Of a stretch of DNA of 64,000 nucleotides, positions 1 through 12,009 are shown piece by piece. The DNA is from Dehalococcoidia bacterium. GTDB taxonomy: Bacteria; Chloroflexota; Dehalococcoidia; Lucifugimonadales; UBA3495. The notes below the pieces were generated by a model that had not been told where the DNA came from, searched no databases, and saw only the letters and a list, made by a program, of their open reading frames with translations. The number at the start of each line of letters is the position of its first letter. The first letter of the stretch is position 1. The stretch is taken from positions 2,516,555 through 2,580,554 of the forward strand of contig OY760687.1 of the NCBI GenBank assembly GCA_963663945.1, read 5' to 3'. A program made the translations under genes and the position numbers.

Positions 1-1284
1 CTGGAAGGTCTGCGTGTCCTGGAGATCACCGTGGTGTGGGCGGGCCCCTATTGCGGCTCCTTCCTGGCCGACCTGGGCGCGGAGGTGATCCGCGTCGAGT
101 CCACCAAGACCTTCGTGCCCCTGACGCGCGGAGCCGCGCCGCATCTGTCCCAGGCGGTGATCAACAACCTGCCACTCTACTCGGGGGGTACGCCGGGGCG
201 AGTGCCGGGCGATCGGCCGTTCAACCGTTCGCCGATGTTCAACTCCCATGCCCGCAACAAGAAGAGCATGACCGTGAACCTGCTGGATCCCGGCGGGCGA
301 GAGATCTTCGACCGGCTGGTGGCGATCAGCGACGTGCTGATCGAGAACAACCCCACCGAGACCATGGAAAAGCTCGATATCTCCTACGAGTCACTGCGCG
401 CGGTCAAGGACGACATCATCATGCTCCGGATGCCGGCGTACGGCAGCGACGGGCCCTACCGCGACTACCGGGCCCACGGCGTGCACATCGAAGGCGTCGT
501 CGGGCACACCATGCTGCGGGGGTACGAGGACACTGACCCTTCGTACAACACCACCGTGCTGATGTCTGACGCGGCCGGCGGCGCCCAGGGCGCTTTCGCG
601 GTGCTGGCCGCCCTCCGGCACCGGAAGAGGACAGGAGAGGGACAACTGGTGGAACTGGGCCAGGCGGAGAACGTGTTCCCGTTCCTCGGAGAATATTACC
701 TGGATTACGCGATGAACGGACGCACTCACGCGACCCTGGGGAACCGCCATCCGCGAGCATTGCAAAACTGCCATCCATGCGCCGGCGAAAACCGGTGGGT
801 AGCCATCACGGTTTACGACGACGACCAGTGGCAGGCGCTGTGCGACGTAATCGGCACAGCGCACCTGAAGGATGACCCGGAACTTGCGAGCGCAGAGGGT
901 CGCCACGCGCGGCAAGCTGACATCGACCCGGTGATCTCGGAATGGACCCGGCGCCAGAATGCGGAGGATGCTATGCATGCACTGCAGGAACGCGGCATTC
1001 CGGCGGGGGTGGTGATGAACCAGGCCGACGCGTTCGCCGATCCTCACATCCGGTCGCGCGAGTTCTTCCGCGAAGCGTACCAGGAGGACTGCGGGACACA
1101 CCTTTATCCCGGCCCACTGTACCAAATGTCGGAAACGCCCCTGGGCATCCGCCGCGGTCCGGTCATGTTCGGCCAGGATAACGAGTACGTGTATCGCGAA
1201 CTCCTGGGATTCTCCGCGGAGGAGTACGAAGGATTCAAAGCAGCGGGACACGTCGACACTGACTACGCGCCCGGTGTGGGCTGA
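1..1284 (+). CDS. Family III CoA-transferase (CaiB/BaiF/Frc-like), 5' end outside window
   Basis: Frame 1 is open from nt 1 (LEGLRVLEITVVWAGPYCGSFLADLGAEVIRVE...). This is the typical N-terminal nucleotide-fold segment of family III CoA-transferases. Length and C-terminal region also fit the family. The listed ORF 31-1284 is only the internal-Met version. Confidence 0.85.
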   Translation: MEGLRVLEITVVWAGPYCGSFLADLGAEVIRVESTKTFVPLTRGAAPHLSQAVINNLPLYSGGTPGRVPGDRPFNRSPMFNSHARNKKSMTVNLLDPGGREIFDRLVAISDVLIENNPTETMEKLDISYESLRAVKDDIIMLRMPAYGSDGPYRDYRAHGVHIEGVVGHTMLRGYEDTDPSYNTTVLMSDAAGGAQGAFAVLAALRHRKRTGEGQLVELGQAENVFPFLGEYYLDYAMNGRTHATLGNRHPRALQNCHPCAGENRWVAITVYDDDQWQALCDVIGTAHLKDDPELASAEGRHARQADIDPVISEWTRRQNAEDAMHALQERGIPAGVVMNQADAFADPHIRSREFFREAYQEDCGTHLYPGPLYQMSETPLGIRRGPVMFGQDNEYVYRELLGFSAEEYEGFKAAGHVDTDYAPGVG

Positions 1285-1421
1285 TCCTGCCAGCACTGAA
1301 CTCGCCTGTCTGGCGGTAAGGCGGGAATGGCTCCCCATCCTCTACAAAATCCATGGCCGGTGTTAGGATAATCCGAAACGCGGACCACCCTGAACCCGGA
1401 CCCCCTGAACGAGGTATTGCC

Positions 1422-2372
1422 ATGCCCACCAAACGGATCGGCATCCATGCAGGAGCGCCGAACGCTGAGGCTTCCCTGGATCTCATGCGGCGCGCGGAAG
1501 CGGCCGGCGTGCACGCCGCCTGGCTCACCACCGGAGGCACCGGCCTTGATGCCCTGACTCTGTTCGCGGCCGCCGCGGTGCAGACGGACAACATCGTGTT
1601 CGGGACGTCGATTGTCCCGACGTACCCACGACATCCCATCGTCGCGGCTCAACAGGTGCTGGTGCTGGATCAACTGGCGCCCGGACGGCTGCGTTTGGGC
1701 GTGGGCCCGAGCCATCGGCCGACCATGCGCTCGATGTTCGGATACAACCTCCGCGCGCCGCTGACCAACCTCCGCGAGTATCTGCAGATCCTGCGGTCGC
1801 TGCTGCACGAGGGATCGGTGGATTTCGACGGCCAGGAGTACACGGCGCACGCCAGCATCCCGAGGCCGGTGGACGTTCCGGTGATGGCGTCGGCACTGCA
1901 GGAAGGCTCTTACGAATTGTGCGGAGAGTTGGCGGACGGCGCCATCAGCTGGGTGAGCCCGGCGGTGTACCTGCGGGACAAGGCGTTGCCGGCATTGCGC
2001 CGGGGCTCCGACCAGGCCGGTCGGGACGCTCCCCCGCTGATCGCACACGCACCGGTTTGCATCAGCGACAACCCCGACGCTACCCGTCTGGCGGTGCAGC
2101 AGCAGCTTTCCAACTACCCGCGCCTGCCCTTCTACCAACGCATGTGGGCGGCGGCCGGCTACCCGGAGGCGGCCGAAGAGACCTGGAGCGACGGCATGAT
2201 CGAGGCCACGGTGCTCACTGGAGATGCCGACAACGTCGGGGAACGCATGGTCGCGATGCTGGACATGGGCATCTCGGAGTTGCTGATCACACCGGTCACG
2301 GCCAGCGACGATCCCGCCGCGGACATGGAGCAGACCATCAACCTGCTCGGCAAAGTCGCGCAATCCATCTGA
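1422..2372 (+). CDS. Luciferase-like monooxygenase (LLM) class oxidoreductase, probably F420-dependent
   Basis: ORF 1353-2372. Start placed at ATG 1422 (MPTKRIGIHAG...), with GAGG about 8 nt upstream. TIM-barrel LLM family layout, about 316 aa. Confidence 0.8.
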   Translation: MPTKRIGIHAGAPNAEASLDLMRRAEAAGVHAAWLTTGGTGLDALTLFAAAAVQTDNIVFGTSIVPTYPRHPIVAAQQVLVLDQLAPGRLRLGVGPSHRPTMRSMFGYNLRAPLTNLREYLQILRSLLHEGSVDFDGQEYTAHASIPRPVDVPVMASALQEGSYELCGELADGAISWVSPAVYLRDKALPALRRGSDQAGRDAPPLIAHAPVCISDNPDATRLAVQQQLSNYPRLPFYQRMWAAAGYPEAAEETWSDGMIEATVLTGDADNVGERMVAMLDMGISELLITPVTASDDPAADMEQTINLLGKVAQSI

Positions 2373-2385
2373 GCGGAGTAGCGCC

Positions 2386-3489
2386 ATGAAATTGGGCCTG
2401 TTCAACATGCCCCTGCACCCGCCGGGTCGCTTGCATGCGGATACCTACGACGAAGACCTGGAGTTGATGGCGCGTGCCGACGAGCTTGGATATTCCGAGG
2501 CGTGGATCGGCGAGCACTTCACCACTGAGTGGGAGAACATGCCGGCTCCCGACCTGTTCATCGCGCGGGCATTGGGAGTGACCAGGAACCTCGTGATGGG
2601 CACCGGCGTGTCCCTGCTGGCCTTTCACGATCCAATCATTATCGCGCACCGGATGGCGATGCTCGATCATTTGGCGCGGGGCCGGTTCTTCTTTGGTATC
2701 GGGTCGGGCGGCGTACCCACCGATTCCGAGATGTTCGGCATGGACCGGGAGTCCGGTCAGCAGCGGGACCGGATGCGAGAGGCGGCGAACGTCATCCTCA
2801 ACATGTGGACGACAGAAGAGCCGGACAGGTTCGCTCACGAGGGCGATTATTACACGGTACGCCTGCCGGAATCCCGTCCGGAAATGGGGTTGGCCTACCA
2901 CATGCGGCCCTACCAGAAACCGCACCCTCCAATCGCGGTGGCGGGGAGTAGCCCGTCGTCGCCGACCCTGGAAGTCGCGGGCGAAATGGGCTGGTGGCCC
3001 ATGAGCACACTGTTTCTGCACACCTCGCATCTTCCGAAACACTGGGATGCCTACTCCAAAGGGGCACAGTCAGCCGGGCGAACGGTGTCGCGCAACCAGT
3101 GGCGCATCGCCCGTGAAGTCTACGTCGGCGAGACCACCGAGCAGGCCGTCGCGGACGTTATGAACGGACCACCGGCCCGGACCTTCGACAAGTACTTCAT
3201 ACCGTTGCTGGGCCAGGGGCAGCGCGGCCTCGACGGTATCAAGACCGACCCGAACCTTCCCAACTCCGCCCTTACGCCCGAGTACATGCTGGACAATTTC
3301 TGGATCGTGGGCGATCCCGACGAATGCGCGCGGCAGATAAGGGAACTGTACGGTGACACCGGCGGGTTCGGAACCCTATTGATGCTTTGCCACGACTGGG
3401 GCAAGGACCGGGCGAAGGGGCTGCGTTCACTGGAACTCCTGGCGACCGAGACCTTGCCACAATTAGCGGATCTCAATCCCGACGACTAG
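2386..3489 (+). CDS. LLM class flavin-dependent oxidoreductase
   Basis: MKLGLFNMPLHPPG...GYSEAWIGEHF... is a bacterial luciferase-like family pattern. Starts 13 nt after the previous stop on the same strand. Confidence 0.8.
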   Translation: MKLGLFNMPLHPPGRLHADTYDEDLELMARADELGYSEAWIGEHFTTEWENMPAPDLFIARALGVTRNLVMGTGVSLLAFHDPIIIAHRMAMLDHLARGRFFFGIGSGGVPTDSEMFGMDRESGQQRDRMREAANVILNMWTTEEPDRFAHEGDYYTVRLPESRPEMGLAYHMRPYQKPHPPIAVAGSSPSSPTLEVAGEMGWWPMSTLFLHTSHLPKHWDAYSKGAQSAGRTVSRNQWRIAREVYVGETTEQAVADVMNGPPARTFDKYFIPLLGQGQRGLDGIKTDPNLPNSALTPEYMLDNFWIVGDPDECARQIRELYGDTGGFGTLLMLCHDWGKDRAKGLRSLELLATETLPQLADLNPDD

Positions 3490-3526
3490 AACCGCGTCAC
3501 CATCGCCGCCATAACGAGGAGGCAAT

Positions 3527-3856
3527 ATGTTCATCGCAACCAACCGAATCAAGGTCAAGACCGGCTACGGTGACACCCTGGCGGAGATGTTCAAAGCCCG
3601 GGGCTCCGTGCAGGACCATTCCGGCTTCATCAGCTTCGAACTGTGGAAGATGCACAAGACCCCGGACCACGAAGATTTCCTGGTGGTCACCCACTGGGAG
3701 ACTGAAGAGGACCACCACACGTGGACACGCAGCGATGCTTTCCGCTCTGCCCACGCCGGCGGGCCGCCAGATTTTCTGCTCGGTCCTGGTGAATTCCACA
3801 CGTATGAAGTGGTGCACCGGCTGGAAGCGTCGGGGGCAGCCGCTGCCGCGGACTAA
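3527..3856 (+). CDS. ABM-domain (antibiotic biosynthesis monooxygenase / IsdG-like) protein
   Basis: 109 aa. Pattern MFIATNRIKVKTGYG...FISFELW...FLVVTHWETEEDHHTWTRSDAFRSAH is typical of ABM ferredoxin-like fold proteins. GAGGAGG lies just upstream of the ATG. Confidence 0.75.
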   Translation: MFIATNRIKVKTGYGDTLAEMFKARGSVQDHSGFISFELWKMHKTPDHEDFLVVTHWETEEDHHTWTRSDAFRSAHAGGPPDFLLGPGEFHTYEVVHRLEASGAAAAAD

Positions 3857-4043
3857 CCAACATCTTCGGAGCGCCGATCCGATCACGACGCTGCAATGCA
3901 ATTCAGCGGCAGCGTCGATAAATTGGCTAGCCTGGCGGGGAACGGCGGGGTTCGAGCGTTGACCCTGCTGTGCCGAAAGGCCTACCTCAACTATCCCGCT
4001 GGTAGTCGCCGAGAATGGCGCCTTGTCACTCGCGCCGCCATAG

Positions 4044-4063
4044 CCCCCGGTTCCAACCGGGGG
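4044..4063 (+). terminator. GC hairpin (CCCCCGG-ttccaa-CCGGGGG) in the 300-bp gap after the ABM gene
   Basis: Perfect 7-bp GC stem read directly, followed by TTAT. The U-tract is weak, so terminator function is uncertain. Confidence 0.3.
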
Positions 4064-4155
4064 TTATGCATGTGGTGCCAATCGGCGAATTTCCCACGGC
4101 AACAACCTGATATATTGAACCGGATCGCTCCCATATCCGGCAAAGGAGTTCGTCG

Positions 4156-5403
4156 ATGGAGCTACCCGAACCCACATTGGTGCCAGAACAGTTTGGCACG
4201 CTGCAGGGCGTGCGCATTTTGTCCACGGGCACCATAGTCGCCGAGCCGGTGGCTGCTGGCATGGCGGCGGACATGGGCGCCGAGGTGATCCACATCGAGC
4301 GACCCGGCGCAGGTGAGGACTGGAGGCACGCGGAGTTCCCCATCGAGTCCCCGAGCGGTGTTCAGGTGGCCAGCTCCTGGATCCAGGACCACCGGAACAT
4401 GTTCCATACCACCCTGGATTTCAGCACCCCGGAGGGTCGCGACATTTTTCTCAAGTTGTTGCAGCGGGCTGACATCTGGATGGAAAGTTCCAAAGCTCGC
4501 ACCTATGACAAATGGGGCTTGGACGACGCGACGGTGTTGGACGCCAACCCGAAACTGGTGATCTGCCACATATCCGGATACGGGCAGGACGGCGACCCCG
4601 ATTACGTGGGACGGGCTTCCTACGACTTCACGGCGCAGGCATTCGGCGGCATGATGAACCTAATGGGCAACCCGGAGCCCGAACCACCCACTCGAGCGGT
4701 GCCCTGGACGGCCGATTACATCACCGCACTGTTCTGCCTGTGGTCGTCATTGGCGGCGTACATCCATGCTCAACGCACCGGACAGGGCCAGGTGATCGAC
4801 CTCGCCCAGTTCGAGGCGGTGCACCGCATTCTTTCCGGCACCATGGTTGCCTACAACGAGCTGGGATTGGTCCGGGAACGAGCCGGCAACAAAGCCGGAA
4901 ACGCCCAGCCCTGGGACACCTTTCAGGCCAGGGACGGTTGGGTGGTCGTCGCAGCAGTGGGCCCTGCTGTCTACGCGAGGGTCTGCCATGTCCTGGGCTT
5001 GGACCCGGATGACGAGAAATGGATCCGAGCCCGACGGGAGATCCACTCGCCGGAGGGCATCGAGTTCGACGCCATCCTGCGCGGGTGGGTGGAAGACCGG
5101 ACGGTGGATGACGTGGTCCGCATCTTCAATGAAGCGCAAGTGGGGTGCAGCCGGATCATGAATGCCCAGGAAATGGACCAGAACCTCCATTACCGGAAAC
5201 GAGGGGTACACGCCGAATGGCAGGATGATCAACTGGGCAAGACGGTGAAAGGCGTTGGAGTCATCCCCAAGTTTTCCGCATCGCCCGGAAAGATCTGGCG
5301 CGGCTCGGTTCCCGTCGGGCATGACAACGACCTGGTGTATGGGGATTTGTTGGGCGTGGCGCCGGAAATGCTGCGTGAACTGGCCAGCCAGAAAGTGATA
5401 TGA
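4156..5403 (+). CDS. Family III CoA-transferase (CaiB/BaiF-like), second copy
   Basis: MELPEPTLVPEQFGTLQGVRILSTGTIVAEPVAAGMAADMGAEVIHIERP... has the same N-terminal signature as the first gene. AAGGAG lies upstream of the ATG. Confidence 0.85.
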   Translation: MELPEPTLVPEQFGTLQGVRILSTGTIVAEPVAAGMAADMGAEVIHIERPGAGEDWRHAEFPIESPSGVQVASSWIQDHRNMFHTTLDFSTPEGRDIFLKLLQRADIWMESSKARTYDKWGLDDATVLDANPKLVICHISGYGQDGDPDYVGRASYDFTAQAFGGMMNLMGNPEPEPPTRAVPWTADYITALFCLWSSLAAYIHAQRTGQGQVIDLAQFEAVHRILSGTMVAYNELGLVRERAGNKAGNAQPWDTFQARDGWVVVAAVGPAVYARVCHVLGLDPDDEKWIRARREIHSPEGIEFDAILRGWVEDRTVDDVVRIFNEAQVGCSRIMNAQEMDQNLHYRKRGVHAEWQDDQLGKTVKGVGVIPKFSASPGKIWRGSVPVGHDNDLVYGDLLGVAPEMLRELASQKVI

Positions 5404-5422
5404 GGGATGCCCCGCTCACGCG

Positions 5423-5461
5423 CAAAACAAAAACCCCCGTCGAAGCGGGGGTTAGTTTTTG
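5423..5461. terminator. Bidirectional intrinsic terminator
   Basis: A-run (5423-5433), 6-bp GC stem CCCCCG/CGGGGG (5434-5439 / 5446-5451), then a T-rich run to 5460. It sits between the convergent CoA-transferase gene and the tRNA-fMet/23S unit. Confidence 0.65.
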
Positions 5462-5468
5462 CCAGAAT

Positions 5469-5543
5469 TGGTAGCGGGGGTTGGACTCGAACCAACGACC
5501 TTCGGGTTATGAGCCCGACGAGCTGCCACTGCTCCACCCCGCG
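5469..5543 (-). tRNA. Initiator tRNA-fMet (anticodon CAU), CCA encoded
   Basis: Reverse complement reads CGCGGGGTGGAGCAGTGGCAGCTCGTCGGGCTCATAACCCGAAGGTCGTTGGTTCGAGTCCAACCCCCGCTACCA. The cloverleaf folds by hand. It has a 1:72 mismatch (C1/U72) and three consecutive G:C pairs in the anticodon stem, both initiator hallmarks. Confidence 0.9.
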
Positions 5544-5562
5544 ACATGGCGCCGAAGCGCCG

Positions 5563-5649
5563 TCAACTGAACAGGAAATCTGAACTTAGCGATCGATAAT
5601 TGATAATGAGCGCTGAACCGAGCCAAGAGAATTAGAAGCTCTTAGCGTG
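5563..5649 (-). repeat. 23S rRNA 3' trailer arm of the leader-trailer processing helix
   Basis: Complementary to 8635-8697. Examples: trailer CACGCTAAG with leader CTAGCGTG, both arms ending in CTCGGTTC/GAACCGAG, and trailer AGTTCAGATTTCCTGTTCAGTTG with leader CAACTGAATAGGAAATTTGAACT. Confidence 0.7.
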
Positions 5650-8634
<2,985 letters not shown>

Positions 8635-8697
8635 CACGCTAGGAACTTCAAATTCCTAAGACTCGGTTCTTACAGTTCAAATTTCCTATTCAGTTGT
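8635..8697 (-). repeat. 23S rRNA 5' leader arm of the processing helix
   Basis: Inverted repeat partner of 5563-5649 (see that feature). Probable RNase III substrate. Confidence 0.7.
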
Positions 8698-8704
8698 TAA
8701 GGTC
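8694..8704 (-). promoter_or_regulatory. boxA-like antitermination element in the rRNA leader
   Basis: The minus strand reads GACCTTAACAA, resembling the rrn boxA core CTCTTTAACAA. It is located between the promoter and the processing stem. Confidence 0.35.
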
Positions 8705-8790
8705 ACCCACTGGCCGCTGCCTCGACGGCTTTTCGCCGGTGGCTGGGCTCGCTCGCTAGAGCGCTCCCGCATGTCAGTTGGTGGAAAGAC

Positions 8791-8819
8791 ACTATATCCG
8801 GTGCCGCCCTTGTCGTCAA
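8791..8819 (-). promoter_or_regulatory. Sigma-70-type promoter for the 23S unit
   Basis: The minus strand reads TTGACG (8819-8814), a 17-nt spacer, then TATAGT (8796-8791). It lies about 150 nt upstream of the mature 23S 5' end and directly downstream of the preceding gene's stop. Confidence 0.55.
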
Positions 8820-8870
8820 GGGGAACCGGGCGGTTTTTTCGCATCAGGAACGGCGAACCCGCCCGGTCGG

Positions 8871-9722
8871 TCAGCGACCCACGAAGGGAGGCATCCCGCG
8901 GTTCTTGTCCAGGAACCACTGCACGGCGATCTTGTGATCCTCGGTGCGGCGGACGTGCTCCTGGGCAGCGGAAGCCAACTCCAGAGCCTGCTTGAAGTCG
9001 AGGTCCATGCTCTCGTGCACCAGGTATTTGGTCAGCGAATGGGCGACGGTGGGCCCTTTCGCGATCCGGGTCGCCAGTTCCATGGACCCTTCCATCAACT
9101 GGTCGTCGGGGAAGCACTTGCTGGCCAGCCCGATGCGCACGGCGTCCTCGCCGCCCATCCAGTCTCCCGTGTACTGCAGAAGCAGGGTGTTGCTGACGCC
9201 GATCAACTTGGGCAACTGCCAGCAACTGCCGTCGCCGGGTATCAGGCCGTTGAGCACGAACCGCTCGGACAGGCGCCCGCTGTCGCCGACAACCCGGATA
9301 TCGCAGGACAGGGCGAGGCCGCAGCCGACCCCGGCCGCCGGGCCGTTGACCACCGCGATGGACGGTTTCTGCAGGTCGTGGATGCGGAGCGGCACGAAGT
9401 TGACCCGAGGACCGCTTTCCACCCGGCTCGGGCGGCCCTTCATGTACTCCATCTTGCCCCAGGTCAGGGGTTCCGGCTCCGCCTCTCCTTCACGTTCCTC
9501 GATGCGCTGGCGGAAGCCACGCACGTTGGCCCCGGAGCAGAAGGACGGCTCGGTGCCCGTAAGCAACAGCACCCGCTCTTCCGGGTTGTTTTCGAACTCG
9601 TCCAGCCGGTCGAACATCTCGCCGGCCATGTCGGGACCCAGCGCGTTGCGCGTGGGCGGGTCGTGCATGGTCATCACCAGCACGCCGTCCACGACTTCGG
9701 TCTTGATGAACTCGTAAGCCAT
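8871..9722 (-). CDS. Enoyl-CoA hydratase/isomerase (crotonase) family protein
   Basis: ORF 8871-9833. Start placed at ATG 9722 (MAYEFIKTEVVDGVLVMTMHDPPTRNALG...). Crotonase fold pattern including ...IAVVNGPAAGVGCGLALSCDIRV... Confidence 0.85.
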   Translation of the reverse strand: MAYEFIKTEVVDGVLVMTMHDPPTRNALGPDMAGEMFDRLDEFENNPEERVLLLTGTEPSFCSGANVRGFRQRIEEREGEAEPEPLTWGKMEYMKGRPSRVESGPRVNFVPLRIHDLQKPSIAVVNGPAAGVGCGLALSCDIRVVGDSGRLSERFVLNGLIPGDGSCWQLPKLIGVSNTLLLQYTGDWMGGEDAVRIGLASKCFPDDQLMEGSMELATRIAKGPTVAHSLTKYLVHESMDLDFKQALELASAAQEHVRRTEDHKIAVQWFLDKNRGMPPFVGR

Positions 9723-9814
9723 ATCAAACGCCTCACAGCGCCCCGGAAAACACCGGGGCGAACGGATTGACCTGCATTCTACCCAATCATTCTGACCTGC
9801 GGCAAAACCGCCGT

Positions 9815-9843
9815 TTGCCAACCGCCCGGCCATATCCTAAAAT
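9815..9843 (+). promoter_or_regulatory. Candidate promoter for the MOSC gene
   Basis: TTGCCA (9815-9820), 17 nt, TAAAAT (9838-9843), about 60 nt upstream of the ATG at 9906. Confidence 0.3.
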
Positions 9844-9905
9844 CCGGCCTGTTCGCCAACCGCAGATACGAGGCCGGGCCCGGCCTGATACCGAGGAGCC
9901 ATGCC

Positions 9906-10343
9906 ATGCAATCCGGCACCATAGTCAACCTGCACATCGCCCGCGTGAAGGGCACCCCGTCGGACCCGGTGGAGGAGGCACGGGCCATTTCGGCCGAAGG
10001 GATAGAGGGTGACCGGAGTCGCAACCCGCGAAATCTCCGGCAAGTCCTGGTCATGGATAAAGAAACGCTCGACCACTACGGACTCGAGCCGGGTCAGATA
10101 AAGGAAAACATCACCGTAACCGGCATAGATCTTTCAGAGGCGCGTCAGGGCCACGTCTTCTTCATCGGAGACGAGGATAGTCACGTCACCCTGGAAGTCA
10201 CCGGGGATTGCGAGCCCTGCCAGAAAATGGATGCGCTGATCCCGGGATTGCAGAAAGAGATTTTCGGCAGTCGCGGCATACTGACCGTCGTATTACAAGG
10301 CGGGGATATCAAGCTCGGGGACTCCATCCGACTGGAACCGTAA
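9906..10343 (+). CDS. MOSC domain-containing protein
   Basis: 145 aa. ...AEGIEGDR...RQVLVMDKETL...ENITVTGIDL...VTLEVTGDCEPCQKMD... The beta-barrel MOSC pattern includes the conserved Cys. GAGGAG lies 6 nt upstream. Confidence 0.75.
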   Translation: MQSGTIVNLHIARVKGTPSDPVEEARAISAEGIEGDRSRNPRNLRQVLVMDKETLDHYGLEPGQIKENITVTGIDLSEARQGHVFFIGDEDSHVTLEVTGDCEPCQKMDALIPGLQKEIFGSRGILTVVLQGGDIKLGDSIRLEP

Positions 10344-10534
10344 GCGTCACCCTCAGCGAGAGGGCGTGGCGCTAATACCATTGATGTTCCTCCCGGCATC
10401 GGGAGACGATCCAGCCATGCCATTGCGGCAGGCGCGTAGAGGTGGATCGCAAAGCAGGGTTTCGGCTGCATTCAATAACAGGCAGCGCATTTTTGTAACG
10501 CGGCGAGCTTGACGCTCGAAAACGGAGCATAAAG

Positions 10535-11923
10535 ATGCGATTGATTTCTATCCTTCCTCGTTCGAGATACCGACTCATTGCGATCGCGGCGGCGCTAATC
10601 CTGCCCGCCCTGGCCTTCATCGCCTGGCCGCATGCGGCCCACGCGTCCGGAGTCGACGGTGAGACCCAATTTGTCCTGAATACGTTTGCGTTCCTGATCT
10701 GGGGAGCGCTGATCATGTGGATGTGCGCCGGGTTCACCATGCTGGAAGCCGGCTCGGTTCGCACCAAGAACGCATCCATGATCTGCCTGAAGAACATCGG
10801 CATCTACTCCATCGCCGGGCTGGCCTTTTTCTTCATCGGCTACAACCTGATGTACAACAACGTGCAGACGGTCATCGGCACCGTGGTGTGGCCTCTGTAC
10901 GGTCCGTCGGCCGACGAGATCGCCCTGATGGGCGGGGACGAATCGGCGCTGGCAGCCGTAATCGAAAACGGTTACTCGGTGATGTCCGACTGGTTCTTCC
11001 AGATGGTGTTCGTGGCGACCACCGCTTCCATCATCTCCGGCGCAATGGCCGAGCGCGTGAAGATGTGGAGTTTCTTCCTGTTCACCCTTCTGATCACCGC
11101 CTTCATTTACCCCATAGTGGGAGCCTGGACCTGGGGTGGTGGCTGGCTGTCAGCAATGGGGTTTCAGGACTTCGCCGGTTCTACCATCGTGCATAGCACT
11201 GGAGGTTGGGCGGCGCTGGCCGGCATCCTGGTGGTCGGCCCGAGGCTGGGCAAATTCCGGGAAAATGGCACAGCGCGCGCCACGCCGCCGTCCAACGTAG
11301 TGCTGGTGACCCTGGGAGTGTTCATTCTGTGGCTGGGCTGGTTCGGTTTCAACGGCGGGTCGCAGTTGGCCCTGGGAACGGCCGCTGACGCTGTGGCGAT
11401 GAGCGTCGTGTTGATCAACACCAACCTGGCGGCCGCCGCCGGGGTGATCACAGCGCTGTCCGTCTCTCGCCTGTTCTTCGGACGGATCGACCTGATGGTT
11501 GGACTGAACGGCGGTCTCGCCGGGCTGGTTTCCATCACCGCCGGGCCGGACTTCGTGACCCACATCTGGGCGGTGCTCATCGGCATCATCGGCGCGGTGA
11601 TCTGCACCGGCGGCATCAAGCTGCTGGAGGTAGTGAAGGTGGACGACGTGGTGGGAGCCGTGCCGGTTCACCTGTTTGCCGGCGTCTGGGGAACCATCGC
11701 GGTGTGCATCGCCTCAGGTGGCAACATCGTGACACAACTGGTCGGCATCCTGTCGATCGGGGCGTTCGTGTTCGGCGTTTCCTGGGTGGTGTGGTTCGGA
11801 ATCTCGAAGACCATCGGGCTGCGCGTAACGGAAAGCACCGAGCGCATCGGCCAGGACGCAGCAGAGCTGGGCATGGAGTCGTACCCCGAGTTCGTGCTCA
11901 TGCCGGAGATGGACGACGATTAG
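10535..11923 (+). CDS. amt: Ammonium transporter (Amt family)
   Basis: N-terminal signal/TM segment followed by the Amt signature regions (...AGFTMLEAGSVRTKN..., ...DFAGSTIVHSTGGWAALAG..., ...VPVHLFAGVWGT...). About 11 TM segments. Confidence 0.9.
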   Translation: MRLISILPRSRYRLIAIAAALILPALAFIAWPHAAHASGVDGETQFVLNTFAFLIWGALIMWMCAGFTMLEAGSVRTKNASMICLKNIGIYSIAGLAFFFIGYNLMYNNVQTVIGTVVWPLYGPSADEIALMGGDESALAAVIENGYSVMSDWFFQMVFVATTASIISGAMAERVKMWSFFLFTLLITAFIYPIVGAWTWGGGWLSAMGFQDFAGSTIVHSTGGWAALAGILVVGPRLGKFRENGTARATPPSNVVLVTLGVFILWLGWFGFNGGSQLALGTAADAVAMSVVLINTNLAAAAGVITALSVSRLFFGRIDLMVGLNGGLAGLVSITAGPDFVTHIWAVLIGIIGAVICTGGIKLLEVVKVDDVVGAVPVHLFAGVWGTIAVCIASGGNIVTQLVGILSIGAFVFGVSWVVWFGISKTIGLRVTESTERIGQDAAELGMESYPEFVLMPEMDDD

Positions 11924-11952
11924 TCCAAGCTTCACCTCTCCTGCAACAGATC

Positions 11953-11977
11953 GGGGGCAAGCCTTGAGCTTGCCCCC
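11953..11977. terminator. Bidirectional hairpin between the convergent amt and MmgE/PrpD genes
   Basis: Perfect 10-bp stem GGGGGCAAGC / GCTTGCCCCC with loop CTTGA. Confidence 0.55.
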
Positions 11978-12009
11978 GTTGCATTCGCGGCGATCGGACG
12001 AGCGAAAAT

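Noticed and set aside
5544-5649. Possible 5S rRNA between tRNA-fMet and the 23S 3' end.
   Set aside because: The stretch is only about 100 nt and AT-rich. It lacks conserved 5S blocks such as the CCGAACUCAGAAGUGAAAC-type segment. Most of it pairs with the 23S leader.
10344-10534. Nitrogen-regulator operator upstream of amt (a TGTAAC...TTGAC segment checked against the GlnR/TnrA TGTNAN7TNACA and NtcA GTAN8TAC consensus), and absence of glnK downstream.
   Set aside because: Neither consensus is matched when spacing is respected. Lack of glnK is noted but is not unusual enough to report.
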